Virus record (IMG/VR): IMGVR_UViG_3300049460_000121
Span: 64,001-128,000 of that record
DNA: 64,000 nt
From: a virus
Taxonomy: Duplodnaviria; Heunggongvirae; Uroviricota; Caudoviricetes
Strand: one strand, 5' to 3'
Shown: one piece after another, positions 1-9,763 of the stretch
Position numbering within the stretch: the stretch's first letter is position 1
Layout of the letters: each line of letters starts with the position of its first letter
Made by a program: the position numbers and the translations under genes
Notes under the pieces: model-generated
The model's input: the letters and a program-made list of their open reading frames with translations, nothing else
Databases searched by the model: none
Told to the model about the DNA's origin: nothing

Positions 1-690
1 GGCGTGTTCGTCGATGCACTCGTCCTGCGTACAGTGCCAATGGCCATCATGATCGAAGAGTTCCTCACGGACCTCAGCGGTGCGAAGACTCCAGGCGATG
101 TTGCTGCGGCTGTGACCAAGGCTCAGATGTTCAACATGACCACCGGTACCTTGGCCGCCTTGGCGAACCAGTGGGGTTGGAAGTCCAACATGCGCACTGA
201 CCCACGCTTGACGCCGTTCAAGTCCATGGTCAGTTACATCGCTGGCACCTTCCGTAGCCAGAGCAACAACCGCGTCGATCTCGATCCGGCCGCTCTGACT
301 GCCATGATGGGTGAGCTGCGCATCGAGCAATGGGGCGACCTCGTACCGGATCTGTCTCAGAGCCGTAAGCGTCTGGAAGCATCCCTGCACCAGTTGCAGT
401 CGTACGACATGGACAAGCATCTGGACCCAGGTCTGGAAGCGCACTACACGGCCATCGTACTGCCGTTCATCAACCAGGTGAGTGTGAACGTGTCGGCGTT
501 GAACGATCTACAGGCCACTGCCAGTATGATCATCACCACCCGTGACGTAGCCATGGTTGACGTAGCCAACGCCTGCTTGGGCGTGGTGAAAGGGATGGAT
601 TCCTTCGTCAGCAAGAACCGTGCAGAGGTTTCTCCTGCATCGATGGTTGCGATCACTCGTTACAAAGCTGCTATCACTCAGTCGCTGTAA
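1..690 (+). CDS. 3' end of a gene truncated by the window edge; hypothetical, possibly an abundant structural protein
   Basis: Frame is open from the window start. Strong C-ending codon bias. Followed by a perfect hairpin. Confidence 0.6.
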   Translation, partial: GVFVDALVLRTVPMAIMIEEFLTDLSGAKTPGDVAAAVTKAQMFNMTTGTLAALANQWGWKSNMRTDPRLTPFKSMVSYIAGTFRSQSNNRVDLDPAALTAMMGELRIEQWGDLVPDLSQSRKRLEASLHQLQSYDMDKHLDPGLEAHYTAIVLPFINQVSVNVSALNDLQATASMIITTRDVAMVDVANACLGVVKGMDSFVSKNRAEVSPASMVAITRYKAAITQSL

Positions 691-692
691 AC

Positions 693-734
693 AGCATAGA
701 CACCCCTGGGCGCAAACCCAGGGGTGTCTATGCT
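693..734. terminator. Hairpin between convergent genes (18-bp perfect stem, AGCATAG...CTATGCT)
   Basis: agcatagacacccctggg-cgcaaa-cccaggggtgtctatgct. Confidence 0.8.
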
Positions 735-742
735 CACCACCT

Positions 743-1165
743 TTAGGAGGGTAACGTATTGCCGTTCTTGTTGCCCCGTTTGCTGCCTTTCGGTTGCTGC
801 TGCTTATTAGCAGCCATCTCCTCCAGGTTCTTACGCATCTTGGCTGCTTCTTCTTCCTCTGCCTTACGGACCTTCCTGCCATCTTCCAGGAGCTTGTCCA
901 GGAACCAGCGGGGGAATTGCAACAGATCCATGAGTGAGGTATTCGTCAGCTCTGGGAGGCGGCACGCCACCAACTCTAAAGTCATCAACTCAAGCCGACT
1001 ACCCGTGATCGCGTTTTCAGCTGGATGCATCCCGATGATCGATAACGGATCGTCGAGCATGTGCGCATCGTGGTCGAAGATGCCGTAGTACTGATCGTAC
1101 GTCTCCATCATCGACAACTGAGCCGTCCAGTCATCCTTACCCTGCCACGACAAGAGGTTTTCCAT
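743..1165 (-). CDS. Hypothetical protein; probably the C-terminal extension of a -1 frameshift product of 1252..3132
   Basis: Frame stays open upstream past the T8 run at 1291-1298, with no start codon before 1165 and only a weak RBS. Confidence 0.7.
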   Translation of the reverse strand: MENLLSWQGKDDWTAQLSMMETYDQYYGIFDHDAHMLDDPLSIIGMHPAENAITGSRLELMTLELVACRLPELTNTSLMDLLQFPRWFLDKLLEDGRKVRKAEEEEAAKMRKNLEEMAANKQQQPKGSKRGNKNGNTLPS

Positions 1166-1251
1166 AATCGGACTACCGTTGGCGTACGGGAACTTCTTGC
1201 GACCAAAGCCTAGCAGCGAGACGTGATGGTATTCACGCTTGCCTTCGAGGG

Positions 1252-3132
1252 TTACCCGCCAGCACGCTTGATTTTGTGGTGGATTAGGGTAAAAAAAACT
1301 TCGATTGGGTTGATGCTTACCAGGTGAGGGTGCTTCGACAGCGAGTCACCGGTGAGAGGAACACCGCACGAAGGGCAGGCAGACTTTGGAACCGCTACAG
1401 TGGCGAGGGTCATCGCGTTGATGAACTTCTCGATAGCTTCGGCAATCTTGGCTGTCAGCTCACCATCGTCCGCGAAGGATTCCAGCAGACGGTCCAGGTC
1501 CTGGTCCGCTTTGTACTGGAGTTCGAGGTCGTTGGCTTCGTCACCTTGCAGAACACGAGTCAGCTCGGTCACCAGACCATTTTCTGCGTTCTCGTCCACT
1601 TTAACAACCGCTTCGATCCAGTGGCTGTAGGCCATGACCATCGCGATGTTGTTGGCACGCAGCAGGTAGGTCTGACGGTCAGCCTCGTTCGCGTAGCTGG
1701 TCATCAGCACACGGGCGCGGTTGTCCATCTCGTCCATCCACGCAGTCGCCTGACGCTCGTAGTCAGCCAGCGTAGGAACACGCATCTTGACTTTGAGGGT
1801 TGGGCTGATGTCGATGTAACGGCTGACTTCAGGACGAATGCTCTCCTGATAGGCCTTGACCGTCTTGATGTCGACACGGGCAGAACGTTTGGCCATCAAC
1901 GCGAACTGGTTCTCGTCGATGCGGCTACGACGCACGAACAACATACGACGCAGGTTGACCTTACGGGTCAACGTTTCACCACAGCCGCCGTGAGTGGTCA
2001 AGCACGGACGGTCGAGGTTGTAGCCATCCGGGAAGATGGTCGCAGCCGCGGCCAGCGTCAGAGGCTCGAGGTCGGTCAAGAGGATGACCTTCTTCAACTC
2101 TTCCACATTGGTGGTGCCGATGGTGGACTTGGTCACGAAACCCAGGATGAAGTCAGCCACAGCTTTGTTCAGGTACACGGACGAAGCTGAGTAAACCAGA
2201 CCGTTGCTGTCACGCGCCATTTCGATCTTCTCATCCAGCAGCTGAGTTTCCAGGCGCAGTTGACTGAGGACCGGAGGACCTTCGAGGGTCAGGTGCATGC
2301 CGGAGTGCCAGAGCACAGCGTTGCCTTCAGTTGCCAGACCCAGTTGGCCACGAATCCGCATCACGGGGTCGTTGCTCTTCGCCGGGTTGTTGGCAGTGAT
2401 GGCGATCTTCTGGTCACCGTTGGTCGGCAGGTTGTTCCAGGTGTCTTCCTCGAAGATCTTGAAGCCGAAACCAACACGCAGCGACTTGGTGTACGAAGTC
2501 ACGTTGTTGATGGCATCGAGTTCTTCAGGGGTGAGGAACACGGTCTTCTGGTCCATGTCGATCCCGGTGAACGGGTGACGTTGGCCGGACTTGACGATGG
2601 CGTAACGGCTTTTCTGCGCTGCGAAGACGCGGCCGTAGACACCACGACGAATCACTTCCAGCTCATTCGCTTCGAAGTTCGACAGCGCGAGCGAGCCGAG
2701 TTTGGCGATGATGGTGTCTTCGAGGACTGGCAGAGTCTCTTCACAGTTCAGACGATTGATCAGTTCACCTGCCCAAGGTGCTGGAGCCACGGGAGCTGCA
2801 TCATCCGCTGGTTCCTCAGCTGCCTGTGCTTGCGCTTCAACCGACGCATCGGCGAGTGCTGGACTGGGAGCTGCGATGACGTTGGTGTTGAGATCTGCGT
2901 CTGTGCTGACAGAAGCGAAGCTCTCAGGTTCTACATCGCCAGCCGGCCATTCATGTCCGTCTTTCGGGAATTCGTTCAGCAGGCCCGAAGGTTGGAGTTC
3001 AACCTCGCCAACCTCTGTGAAGTCGCTTGGACGCGTGGGCTCTTTGGGGAGGTTTTCCCATGCGACGTGTTGTCCTTCAACGTTGCCGACGGTGACGGGC
3101 TCGTCGGCATTGCTCCCTTGATCATCGCTCAT
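1252..3132 (-). CDS. Putative tail/baseplate-hub assembly chaperone with Zn-binding motifs and an acidic disordered N-terminus
   Basis: 626 aa. PCLTTHGGCG and CPSCG Cys pairs; KMRVPTL motif reminiscent of T4 gp26/gp51-like proteins; EVFF near the C-terminus is encoded on a slippery run. Confidence 0.55.
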   Translation of the reverse strand: MSDDQGSNADEPVTVGNVEGQHVAWENLPKEPTRPSDFTEVGEVELQPSGLLNEFPKDGHEWPAGDVEPESFASVSTDADLNTNVIAAPSPALADASVEAQAQAAEEPADDAAPVAPAPWAGELINRLNCEETLPVLEDTIIAKLGSLALSNFEANELEVIRRGVYGRVFAAQKSRYAIVKSGQRHPFTGIDMDQKTVFLTPEELDAINNVTSYTKSLRVGFGFKIFEEDTWNNLPTNGDQKIAITANNPAKSNDPVMRIRGQLGLATEGNAVLWHSGMHLTLEGPPVLSQLRLETQLLDEKIEMARDSNGLVYSASSVYLNKAVADFILGFVTKSTIGTTNVEELKKVILLTDLEPLTLAAAATIFPDGYNLDRPCLTTHGGCGETLTRKVNLRRMLFVRRSRIDENQFALMAKRSARVDIKTVKAYQESIRPEVSRYIDISPTLKVKMRVPTLADYERQATAWMDEMDNRARVLMTSYANEADRQTYLLRANNIAMVMAYSHWIEAVVKVDENAENGLVTELTRVLQGDEANDLELQYKADQDLDRLLESFADDGELTAKIAEAIEKFINAMTLATVAVPKSACPSCGVPLTGDSLSKHPHLVSINPIEVFFTLIHHKIKRAGG

Positions 3133-3659
3133 TCACTTTTCTCTTCGATGGTTACAGGTTGGTTGTAGGCGGCTACGATGTCGAGCATCGTCTCCAGACC
3201 CTTCAATGTGTGATTCGCCAACTGGCGTGAGGCCAGCTTACGCTTGTGGCTGTCCGGAGCCCACGGTTGCAGGCGGTCGCTACGGGTGTTCACGAAGGAC
3301 ACAGCTACTGTGCCGTCGAAAGCACCTCCAGGCAAGGACGTGATCAGAGCAACCGTCTGGTTACCGATCTCGATACCCTGGATGCTCACTTCGTGGCGTT
3401 CGATGCGCACCACGGCCTGCTTGTTCACCATGTCCAGGAAATCTTGCACCGGGGTCATCATCGGGCCGATGGTGGTTTCAGGCGCAATGTGGTGCGAACC
3501 GATGAGGCGAACCAGGCTGGCCGTCAGCGGCTTCTCATCCAAACCGAAGATCGAAGCAACCTCAGTGACCAGCGCTTTGGTCAGTCCGTTCAGGACTTTC
3601 TCCGACACCGGGGTGGAGACCTGAGGGAGGATGCTGTATGTCACTTTCTTTTTATGCAT
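3129..3659 (-). CDS. Hypothetical protein
   Basis: ATG at 3659 overlaps the end of the upstream gene; stop overlaps the next start (ATGA). Confidence 0.65.
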   Translation of the reverse strand: MHKKKVTYSILPQVSTPVSEKVLNGLTKALVTEVASIFGLDEKPLTASLVRLIGSHHIAPETTIGPMMTPVQDFLDMVNKQAVVRIERHEVSIQGIEIGNQTVALITSLPGGAFDGTVAVSFVNTRSDRLQPWAPDSHKRKLASRQLANHTLKGLETMLDIVAAYNQPVTIEEKSE

Positions 3660-4107
3660 GTGCTGGTTCTTCGCTCTTGTTAAGGATCTCGTCGTAGTCA
3701 CCCGCGGATTTAGTGAGGGTGGCCGTAATGCGATCGTTGAGGTCAATGTACTTGAGACCGTGCATCGTCAAGTCCATGTTGTGTTTTGACAGATCGGCGT
3801 TCTTGCTTGGCCGACCTTTCAGGATTTTATCGAACTCAGTATCGAGCACGGTACGTTCAGCGCTGAACTTGTCGAAGTCCTGGGCGATGATGGTACCCAA
3901 TGCGAGGATCTTCGGGACATCCTCGACGCGGCCTTGTTCCTTGAGCGTACGGAGAGACTCAGGCATCTGAACAATTGGTTCAGCAGCGGCGCGCAGAGAG
4001 AAAGTAACGGAATCTTTAAGACCGCGAGTCGACTCTTCGACCTCATCGATCTTCTTCTTGTGATTCACGTTTGACGTACGGTATGAAGGCGAGCGCTTCG
4101 AGGACAT
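3652..4107 (-). CDS. Hypothetical helical protein
   Basis: GAGGTGG RBS; coupled to the downstream gene. Confidence 0.7.
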   Translation of the reverse strand: MSSKRSPSYRTSNVNHKKKIDEVEESTRGLKDSVTFSLRAAAEPIVQMPESLRTLKEQGRVEDVPKILALGTIIAQDFDKFSAERTVLDTEFDKILKGRPSKNADLSKHNMDLTMHGLKYIDLNDRITATLTKSAGDYDEILNKSEEPAHA

Positions 4108-4222
4108 GGTGTCCACCTCGTGATTATGGTCTGAGTCTTAGACGCAGTACCTCTAGTTTGATTAATACGACCTATATAAAAGATCGTTAGTATATTTATT
4201 TACATTCTGAATAGGAGTCGAC

Positions 4223-5119
4223 ATGACCGACGTCAATAACGACATTGAAACGGACGATGCGTCCCAGGAATTGCTGGCTGCATTGACCTTCGGTCAGTGT
4301 GCTCCTGAATTGGCTTCGAGCTACAGTCGCCTGGCGACCATCCTCAACGATGTTGACTTCACAGGTCATATTGATGAGCTCGAGCTGCTGTACACGCTGG
4401 TCAATGACCACAACATCGACACCACCGAAGTGGTTACATCTATCGATGCGATCTTCCGTGTGGCGGTCGAACGTTGCTTGCAGTCGGTCGGTGTAGCGCT
4501 GGACGCTGACACGCCGTTGGCGATGGTTGAAGATGCACTCAGTACATTGTTGCTGTTTGATCCGACTGATGCTCCGGCAGTATTCACGGGGATCGCCGAC
4601 GCGTCTGAGGACAGCACTGAGGCCTTACTATCAATTCTCGCTTATGTAGGTAATTACAGTGAAGAGGACTGGTTCCCGTACATCGTTGAAGTTAGCGAGA
4701 ACACGATTCGTCGCATCCGTGAAATCTCTGCCAAAGAAGATAGCCGCATACAGTCCCAAGCGGATCTTATCGACTCTGATGAGCTGAACCAGCGTGTAGC
4801 GCGTATGGCGGCTCTTCGTCCTGATAGCCTGGGCGTTGAGTTGGCTCGTGACAATGTCGGCGTAGGTGCGTCCCTGGAGAGCCTGTACGGCTGTCATGTG
4901 GAACGTTTGATCGACTTGTCCACTGAACAGGCTGTGGTTGAGTTGTTTTCCCTCGCAGCCATCTCTAATGAGAGTTACGACAAGCTGGATCAGTCCATCT
5001 CTGCCGCTCTCGATGACCTCTGTTTCGAAATGGATGATCGTCGTAAGGCAGAACAGGTGCGCCTGAACATGATGAAGTCGTACCGTCCAATCTTCGGTAT
5101 CGAAAATGAAAAGATTTGA
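4223..5119 (+). CDS. Acidic helical hypothetical protein, probably conserved in phiKZ-like phages
   Basis: AGGAG RBS, AT-rich upstream region; overlaps the start of the vRNAP subunit. Confidence 0.75.
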   Translation: MTDVNNDIETDDASQELLAALTFGQCAPELASSYSRLATILNDVDFTGHIDELELLYTLVNDHNIDTTEVVTSIDAIFRVAVERCLQSVGVALDADTPLAMVEDALSTLLLFDPTDAPAVFTGIADASEDSTEALLSILAYVGNYSEEDWFPYIVEVSENTIRRIREISAKEDSRIQSQADLIDSDELNQRVARMAALRPDSLGVELARDNVGVGASLESLYGCHVERLIDLSTEQAVVELFSLAAISNESYDKLDQSISAALDDLCFEMDDRRKAEQVRLNMMKSYRPIFGIENEKI

Positions 5120-6401
5120 TTACTTTACCGGTGCGTTGCGGGCTAAGGCTCACTACCAGCGGGAATGGGTATTGCGGGCTATGTCGGTGGTACTCACCCC
5201 TCCAAAGGGCAATAACCCGTGGGGGTTGCGACAAACCAAGGAAGGGGCTGAAGTCTACATCCCTAACCTTGGTCAAGAGGGTGAGTGGCACTGGGAAGCT
5301 CTGGAGGGCGTAGGTCCTTACGAGATCCCCTTCGTCTACCACGATTGGGCTGGTCCTCTGAAACCAGGTGACGTCGAGAACGTGGTCGAGAACATCGACA
5401 ACGCGACCTGGGGTGACATCCTCTTCAACAGTCGGGTGTTGGTCTACTCCTGCGGTGATTTGATTCCTTTCGTCTTGGGTCCTGTTAACCTCGGCAGTAT
5501 CGAGGAACGGATCGTCAAGAAGATGGCGGACAACCCGAAGAAGGGTGAGGAACCTAAGCCTGGCCAGATGTACGTCTTCAACTACATGCGCTTCGGTAAG
5601 GCTGTAGGTGACCTGGCAGGTTACGAACTGTTCGTTCCCTCGGTGACTGAGCGGGCCTTGCAGCCTCCTCCTAACCGTACCGAGCTGCGCGACAGCCTGC
5701 TCGAGCAATACAAAGGCCAGCTGGAAGATCCGGTCGTACAGACCAAGATCCAGACGGCCATGGTGGACTCTTATAAGGACTGGATCAAAGGCGATCCGTC
5801 TGAAGGCTTCATCTACAAGAACAAATCGATCAACACCGCTCTCAAGCGGATGTTCCTTATCCACGGTCCAGAAGCTGGATTCGAGGAGGGTGGTCGAGCT
5901 ACGTTGGTGATCAATTCCCTTGAAGAGGGCATCGACGTTACTCACTACCCAACCATGGTGAACTCACTCCGTGCTGGTTCCTACTACCGGGGTGCGTTGA
6001 CTGCATTGGCGGGTGAAGACGTTGACTTGATGGCTCGTGTATTCCAGAACGTCCGGATTCTCCCGGATTTCTGCAACACTCACGAGACCTACGACGTCAA
6101 GATCACCAAGGACTACGTCGGCCGGACGCTGAGCATGAATCGTCAGCGTGTCAAGGTGACCGATGAGAACTTGACTGAGTTCAATGGCAAGATCATGCCG
6201 ATGTACTCCTCAGCTTACTGCAAAGCAACTCGCAGTGACGTCTGCGCCATCTGTGCCGGCGATAAGCTGGCAGCCTTCCCTGAATCGATGGGTTCGATGG
6301 TTGGCGACATCCCTTCTACTATGATGCTGACAATGATGGGATCCGCCCACGCCAAAGAGCTGAAGACCACTCCCATCGATATCGAAAACTTCTTGAGGTA
6401 A
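5106..6401 (+). CDS. Virion RNA polymerase beta' C-terminal subunit (phiKZ gp80-like)
   Basis: SLEEG; NSLRAGSYYRGALTALAG bridge-helix-like segment; C...CK...VCAICAG Zn site; MMGSAH trigger-loop-like end. Confidence 0.85.
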   Translation: MKRFDYFTGALRAKAHYQREWVLRAMSVVLTPPKGNNPWGLRQTKEGAEVYIPNLGQEGEWHWEALEGVGPYEIPFVYHDWAGPLKPGDVENVVENIDNATWGDILFNSRVLVYSCGDLIPFVLGPVNLGSIEERIVKKMADNPKKGEEPKPGQMYVFNYMRFGKAVGDLAGYELFVPSVTERALQPPPNRTELRDSLLEQYKGQLEDPVVQTKIQTAMVDSYKDWIKGDPSEGFIYKNKSINTALKRMFLIHGPEAGFEEGGRATLVINSLEEGIDVTHYPTMVNSLRAGSYYRGALTALAGEDVDLMARVFQNVRILPDFCNTHETYDVKITKDYVGRTLSMNRQRVKVTDENLTEFNGKIMPMYSSAYCKATRSDVCAICAGDKLAAFPESMGSMVGDIPSTMMLTMMGSAHAKELKTTPIDIENFLR

Positions 6402-6405
6402 TGAC

Positions 6406-8154
6406 ATGGCTACCAACAAAACCATCCGTCGCCAACAAGCCGCAGCTGCGGCCGCAGCTGAACAGGCGGTCGCCCCGGAAACCGTTGAAGAGGTGACTGG
6501 TGATGTACTCGATACGTCGACCGAATCCGAAGTTCCGGGATCTGTTGTCATTGATCAAGACTCGGGACTTGTGGAAGGGGATCAGCCGGCTGCGGACACC
6601 GCCGAAGGATCCGACGCGCCTGAAGGCCTCGCCGAATTCTCGGAAGGTCTGGTAGGCGATGAGTCTGATGGTCCAGTGACGCGCGAGCTTGGCGACATCG
6701 TCCCTGCACCGATCCTGGACGTTGCTCAAATCCTGGCCGATCGTACCGTCAAAGACATGTACGAAGGCGCTGACGACCAACCGGAAACTCCGGCCTCTGC
6801 TGAAGAACAAGCAGCCTCTACCGCTGCGCTGCTGGAACAGGAAGCACAGCCTGAGCCTGACGCTCCAGCGGCTGGTGGTCGCATTACCGCCCTGTTGGCT
6901 CAATACACCGAGGGCGAGCAACCTGTACTCAACCCTGATGTGGGTGGTCAGATGGGTTTCGACCCAACTCTCGCTCCGGCTGGCGATGCCAAGGTAGATG
7001 AGGGTTCGGACGAACCTGTTGGCGAGTTGCCTCCACCCGAAGGTGGTGCTGAAGGCGCCGACCTTACCGCGCTGGAAGAATCGGTTGAAGACGAGCAGAC
7101 CGTTCTGGAACACGGCGACCAAGCCGCGGAGCTCGTCTCCCTGGAAGAAGTTGCTGGCGAAGTGGATTACACCACCTACAGCGATGGCCGTCTGCGTGCT
7201 GTCCTGCTGCCAATGGTTGGTCAGATTCCATCCGAAGCCTGGTCTCGTGAAGACATGCTGTTGTACCTCATCAAGGGCGTCTACCCTTCGAAGACTGGTC
7301 GCAACAACTGGATCTACGACGCCCGTCGCAGTCACCGCGTCAAGGCCTGGACTGCCAGTGAGATCCTGGACTTCATCGAAGGCAAGCTTCAACTCGGCGC
7401 TCACGTCGACGAGACCACTGCCTGGGAAGAAGCCTACGCTCGCTACAAGGCTCCGTCCAGCTGGACCATCGAAGCGTTCAAGGAATATGTATGTACCGGA
7501 TCCGTTCCTGAATATACTGCGAACGGCGTTCTGGTCAATGATCGGCAGCGTGATCAGAAGCAGGTACACCACCTGACCTTCCGTGAACTGCGGGCGGCAT
7601 TGCTCGGTAACATCGCGACCCAGTTCAAACACGAACAGCTGTTGTCCCAGTACCGCAAACGCTTGGGCATCAGCGAGTCTTACAGCGAAGAGCGTCTCCT
7701 TGCCGAGATGCCAAACCAACCCGATGAGGTCTCCATGGATAACAGTATCCTGCGCGCCAAGCTTGACGAATACAAAGTCGCAATCAGCAAGAACCCAGGC
7801 ACCCTGACCGAAGCGACTGCCGGCGCTTGCCAAGGCATGCTCTACAAGGCGATCCGCCAGGTCACCAAGCGCGAGTTCAACGAGTTCGTTGAAGGCTGGA
7901 ACATCATCCTCGACTTCGTGAACGAAAACTACACCGCTCTGTTCGACCCGTACAAAGCGCGCCGTGGCTGGTCGGAAGTGGCACTGAGCAAATCTCAGCT
8001 GCAACTGTTCGAAGACCTGATGACCGTGATCATCTCTACCCGTGAACCGGGTAACCGTGCATCGTCTCTGTCGCACAACCTCGAAATCGTCCTGCGCCAC
8101 CTGCCGGAAGAAAACGAGCGCCAGAACTTCTTCATGTACTACGCGGCTCAGTAA
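6406..8154 (+). CDS. Protein with a long acidic N-terminal disordered region and W[ST]xx[ED] repeats (gp79-like position)
   Basis: 582 aa; GAGG RBS; strong codon bias. Confidence 0.75.
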   Translation: MATNKTIRRQQAAAAAAAEQAVAPETVEEVTGDVLDTSTESEVPGSVVIDQDSGLVEGDQPAADTAEGSDAPEGLAEFSEGLVGDESDGPVTRELGDIVPAPILDVAQILADRTVKDMYEGADDQPETPASAEEQAASTAALLEQEAQPEPDAPAAGGRITALLAQYTEGEQPVLNPDVGGQMGFDPTLAPAGDAKVDEGSDEPVGELPPPEGGAEGADLTALEESVEDEQTVLEHGDQAAELVSLEEVAGEVDYTTYSDGRLRAVLLPMVGQIPSEAWSREDMLLYLIKGVYPSKTGRNNWIYDARRSHRVKAWTASEILDFIEGKLQLGAHVDETTAWEEAYARYKAPSSWTIEAFKEYVCTGSVPEYTANGVLVNDRQRDQKQVHHLTFRELRAALLGNIATQFKHEQLLSQYRKRLGISESYSEERLLAEMPNQPDEVSMDNSILRAKLDEYKVAISKNPGTLTEATAGACQGMLYKAIRQVTKREFNEFVEGWNIILDFVNENYTALFDPYKARRGWSEVALSKSQLQLFEDLMTVIISTREPGNRASSLSHNLEIVLRHLPEENERQNFFMYYAAQ

Positions 8155-8157
8155 CAC

Positions 8158-8205
8158 AAAAAAAGAAAGGCATACAGCCAGGGCATGGAAGCCCTGGCTG
8201 TATGC
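8158..8205 (-). terminator. Hairpin plus U-tract terminator between convergent genes
   Basis: aaaaaaagaaag gcatacagccagggc-atggaa-gccctggctgtatgc. Confidence 0.8.
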
Positions 8206-8208
8206 TGT

Positions 8209-8805
8209 TTACTTCTTGTACCAGGAAGACATCGTCTTGTCGAGGCTGCGGATATGGTCAGCCATCTCGGCCGTCAATATAGCCCCTTCAGTAGCATGGC
8301 CGGCTACGAAGAAACCCAACCACAGCTTCCACCGATCGGAATCGCGGAGATTGGCCTCGGATGCGCCTGGGAAGTGATCGTGGACGTAGAAGAACGCCGT
8401 CATGAAGTCCATCAGGTTATTGGTGTCGTTGCGAGAGACCAGTAGGGTGGCCTTCGGAACTAGTAAGACGATATCGCTACCCTCATAACCGCTCTTGGTC
8501 TTCAGGGTCTGAGGTTTGACCTTGTTGCTGCGGAAGACATCATTGGTCTCCAGCCATAAAGGGTTTGCTTCCAGCTCTTGAGCGGTGCAGATACCCAGAT
8601 TGACATCCAGATAATCCTTGGCCACCTTCACCGGACCGTGCTTGGCAAACAGGTAATGGAACTTGGTAGCCGAGACGGTGGCTGGGTTAATACGGCCTGC
8701 CAGTGGTTTCTTGTGTAGGGGGTGGTGATAGTAATCAGCACCTTCAAGGCGGATTACTCGTGGACTATCGTTGACGATGATGCGGTGCAGTATTTCACGA
8801 GCCAT
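8209..8805 (-). CDS. Hypothetical protein
   Basis: 198-aa ORF with AGGA RBS. Confidence 0.7.
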   Translation of the reverse strand: MAREILHRIIVNDSPRVIRLEGADYYHHPLHKKPLAGRINPATVSATKFHYLFAKHGPVKVAKDYLDVNLGICTAQELEANPLWLETNDVFRSNKVKPQTLKTKSGYEGSDIVLLVPKATLLVSRNDTNNLMDFMTAFFYVHDHFPGASEANLRDSDRWKLWLGFFVAGHATEGAILTAEMADHIRSLDKTMSSWYKK

Positions 8806-8829
8806 GGTGTTTGTTCCTAATAGACGGAA

Positions 8830-9165
8830 TTAGTAGCGGTTCTTACCTTTACCACGACGGTAGGGTAAGCCATTGGTTTTGAGTCTGGGGTTCCTGCTCT
8901 CACCACGGACCCAGAAGTCGTTGTGGGTGACAGCGGCTTCTGTACGGAGATCTTTGCCGAAGAGCATGATGTCAGTCATGTCGGTAAGTTCTGTCTGCGC
9001 GCCAGCGGCGAGGTTCGCCAAGTATTCGGCGGTAATCCGCGTACCGACGGAGACAGCGATCTGACGATTTGGGTACTTCTTTACTGTTTCGAGTAGAATG
9101 GCCGGGTCTTCACCCTCCTCGAGGTTGACGATGATCATCCCCTCGGTTTCAATCACCTCACTCAT
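8830..9165 (-). CDS. Hypothetical protein with a basic C-terminus
   Basis: TGATG coupling with the upstream gene. Confidence 0.65.
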   Translation of the reverse strand: MSEVIETEGMIIVNLEEGEDPAILLETVKKYPNRQIAVSVGTRITAEYLANLAAGAQTELTDMTDIMLFGKDLRTEAAVTHNDFWVRGESRNPRLKTNGLPYRRGKGKNRY

Positions 9166-9761
9166 CAGGGATGTCCCTTACTGGCGTGATACGCCTTAAT
9201 GGCGGCAGTGTCGGCTTCGAGTTCGTCGAACATGATTGCGAAGTAGACTGCTACATTGCGGTCAGTCATCACGGTCATGATCGTCTTACCGGCACGGCAG
9301 TCGATTGTCGTAACCCAGCCAGCCTTCCTCAGATCCTCCATAAGGCCCAACACAGGCTTTAGGAGACAAGTGAGGCTGAGATGAGGATTCTCTTCCAACG
9401 TCTTCCTGAGGATGACAGGATCGCCGACAGAGCAGCTTTTGGACTTAGCGGCGTCTGGGAAGCGGTCGAACTCCACAGTAGCGAGTACCGGGGCTTTGAA
9501 ATCAGGAGTTTGCCGGTACACGGACTGAAGGAGGAGGTAGTCTCGTTCCTGTTCGATGAGTGACAGAACCGCACGCCGTTCAGGAGGAACTGACTCCTGG
9601 AACTTCTCCAGGTTGTTGGCCAGAGTATCGTAATAGAACCTGGCCGTGCGATGAAGTTCTTCACGGTGTCTGAAGTGACTGATCAGACGAGTGAGGTAAT
9701 TGTCGATGTGGTTCAGGTAGCGCTGGGCAATGAAGCTCAGGCCAGGTTCTAATGGTTGCAT
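9165..9761 (-). CDS. Hypothetical protein
   Basis: GGAGAG RBS; operon context. Confidence 0.65.
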   Translation of the reverse strand: MQPLEPGLSFIAQRYLNHIDNYLTRLISHFRHREELHRTARFYYDTLANNLEKFQESVPPERRAVLSLIEQERDYLLLQSVYRQTPDFKAPVLATVEFDRFPDAAKSKSCSVGDPVILRKTLEENPHLSLTCLLKPVLGLMEDLRKAGWVTTIDCRAGKTIMTVMTDRNVAVYFAIMFDELEADTAAIKAYHASKGHP

Positions 9762-9763
9762 GG

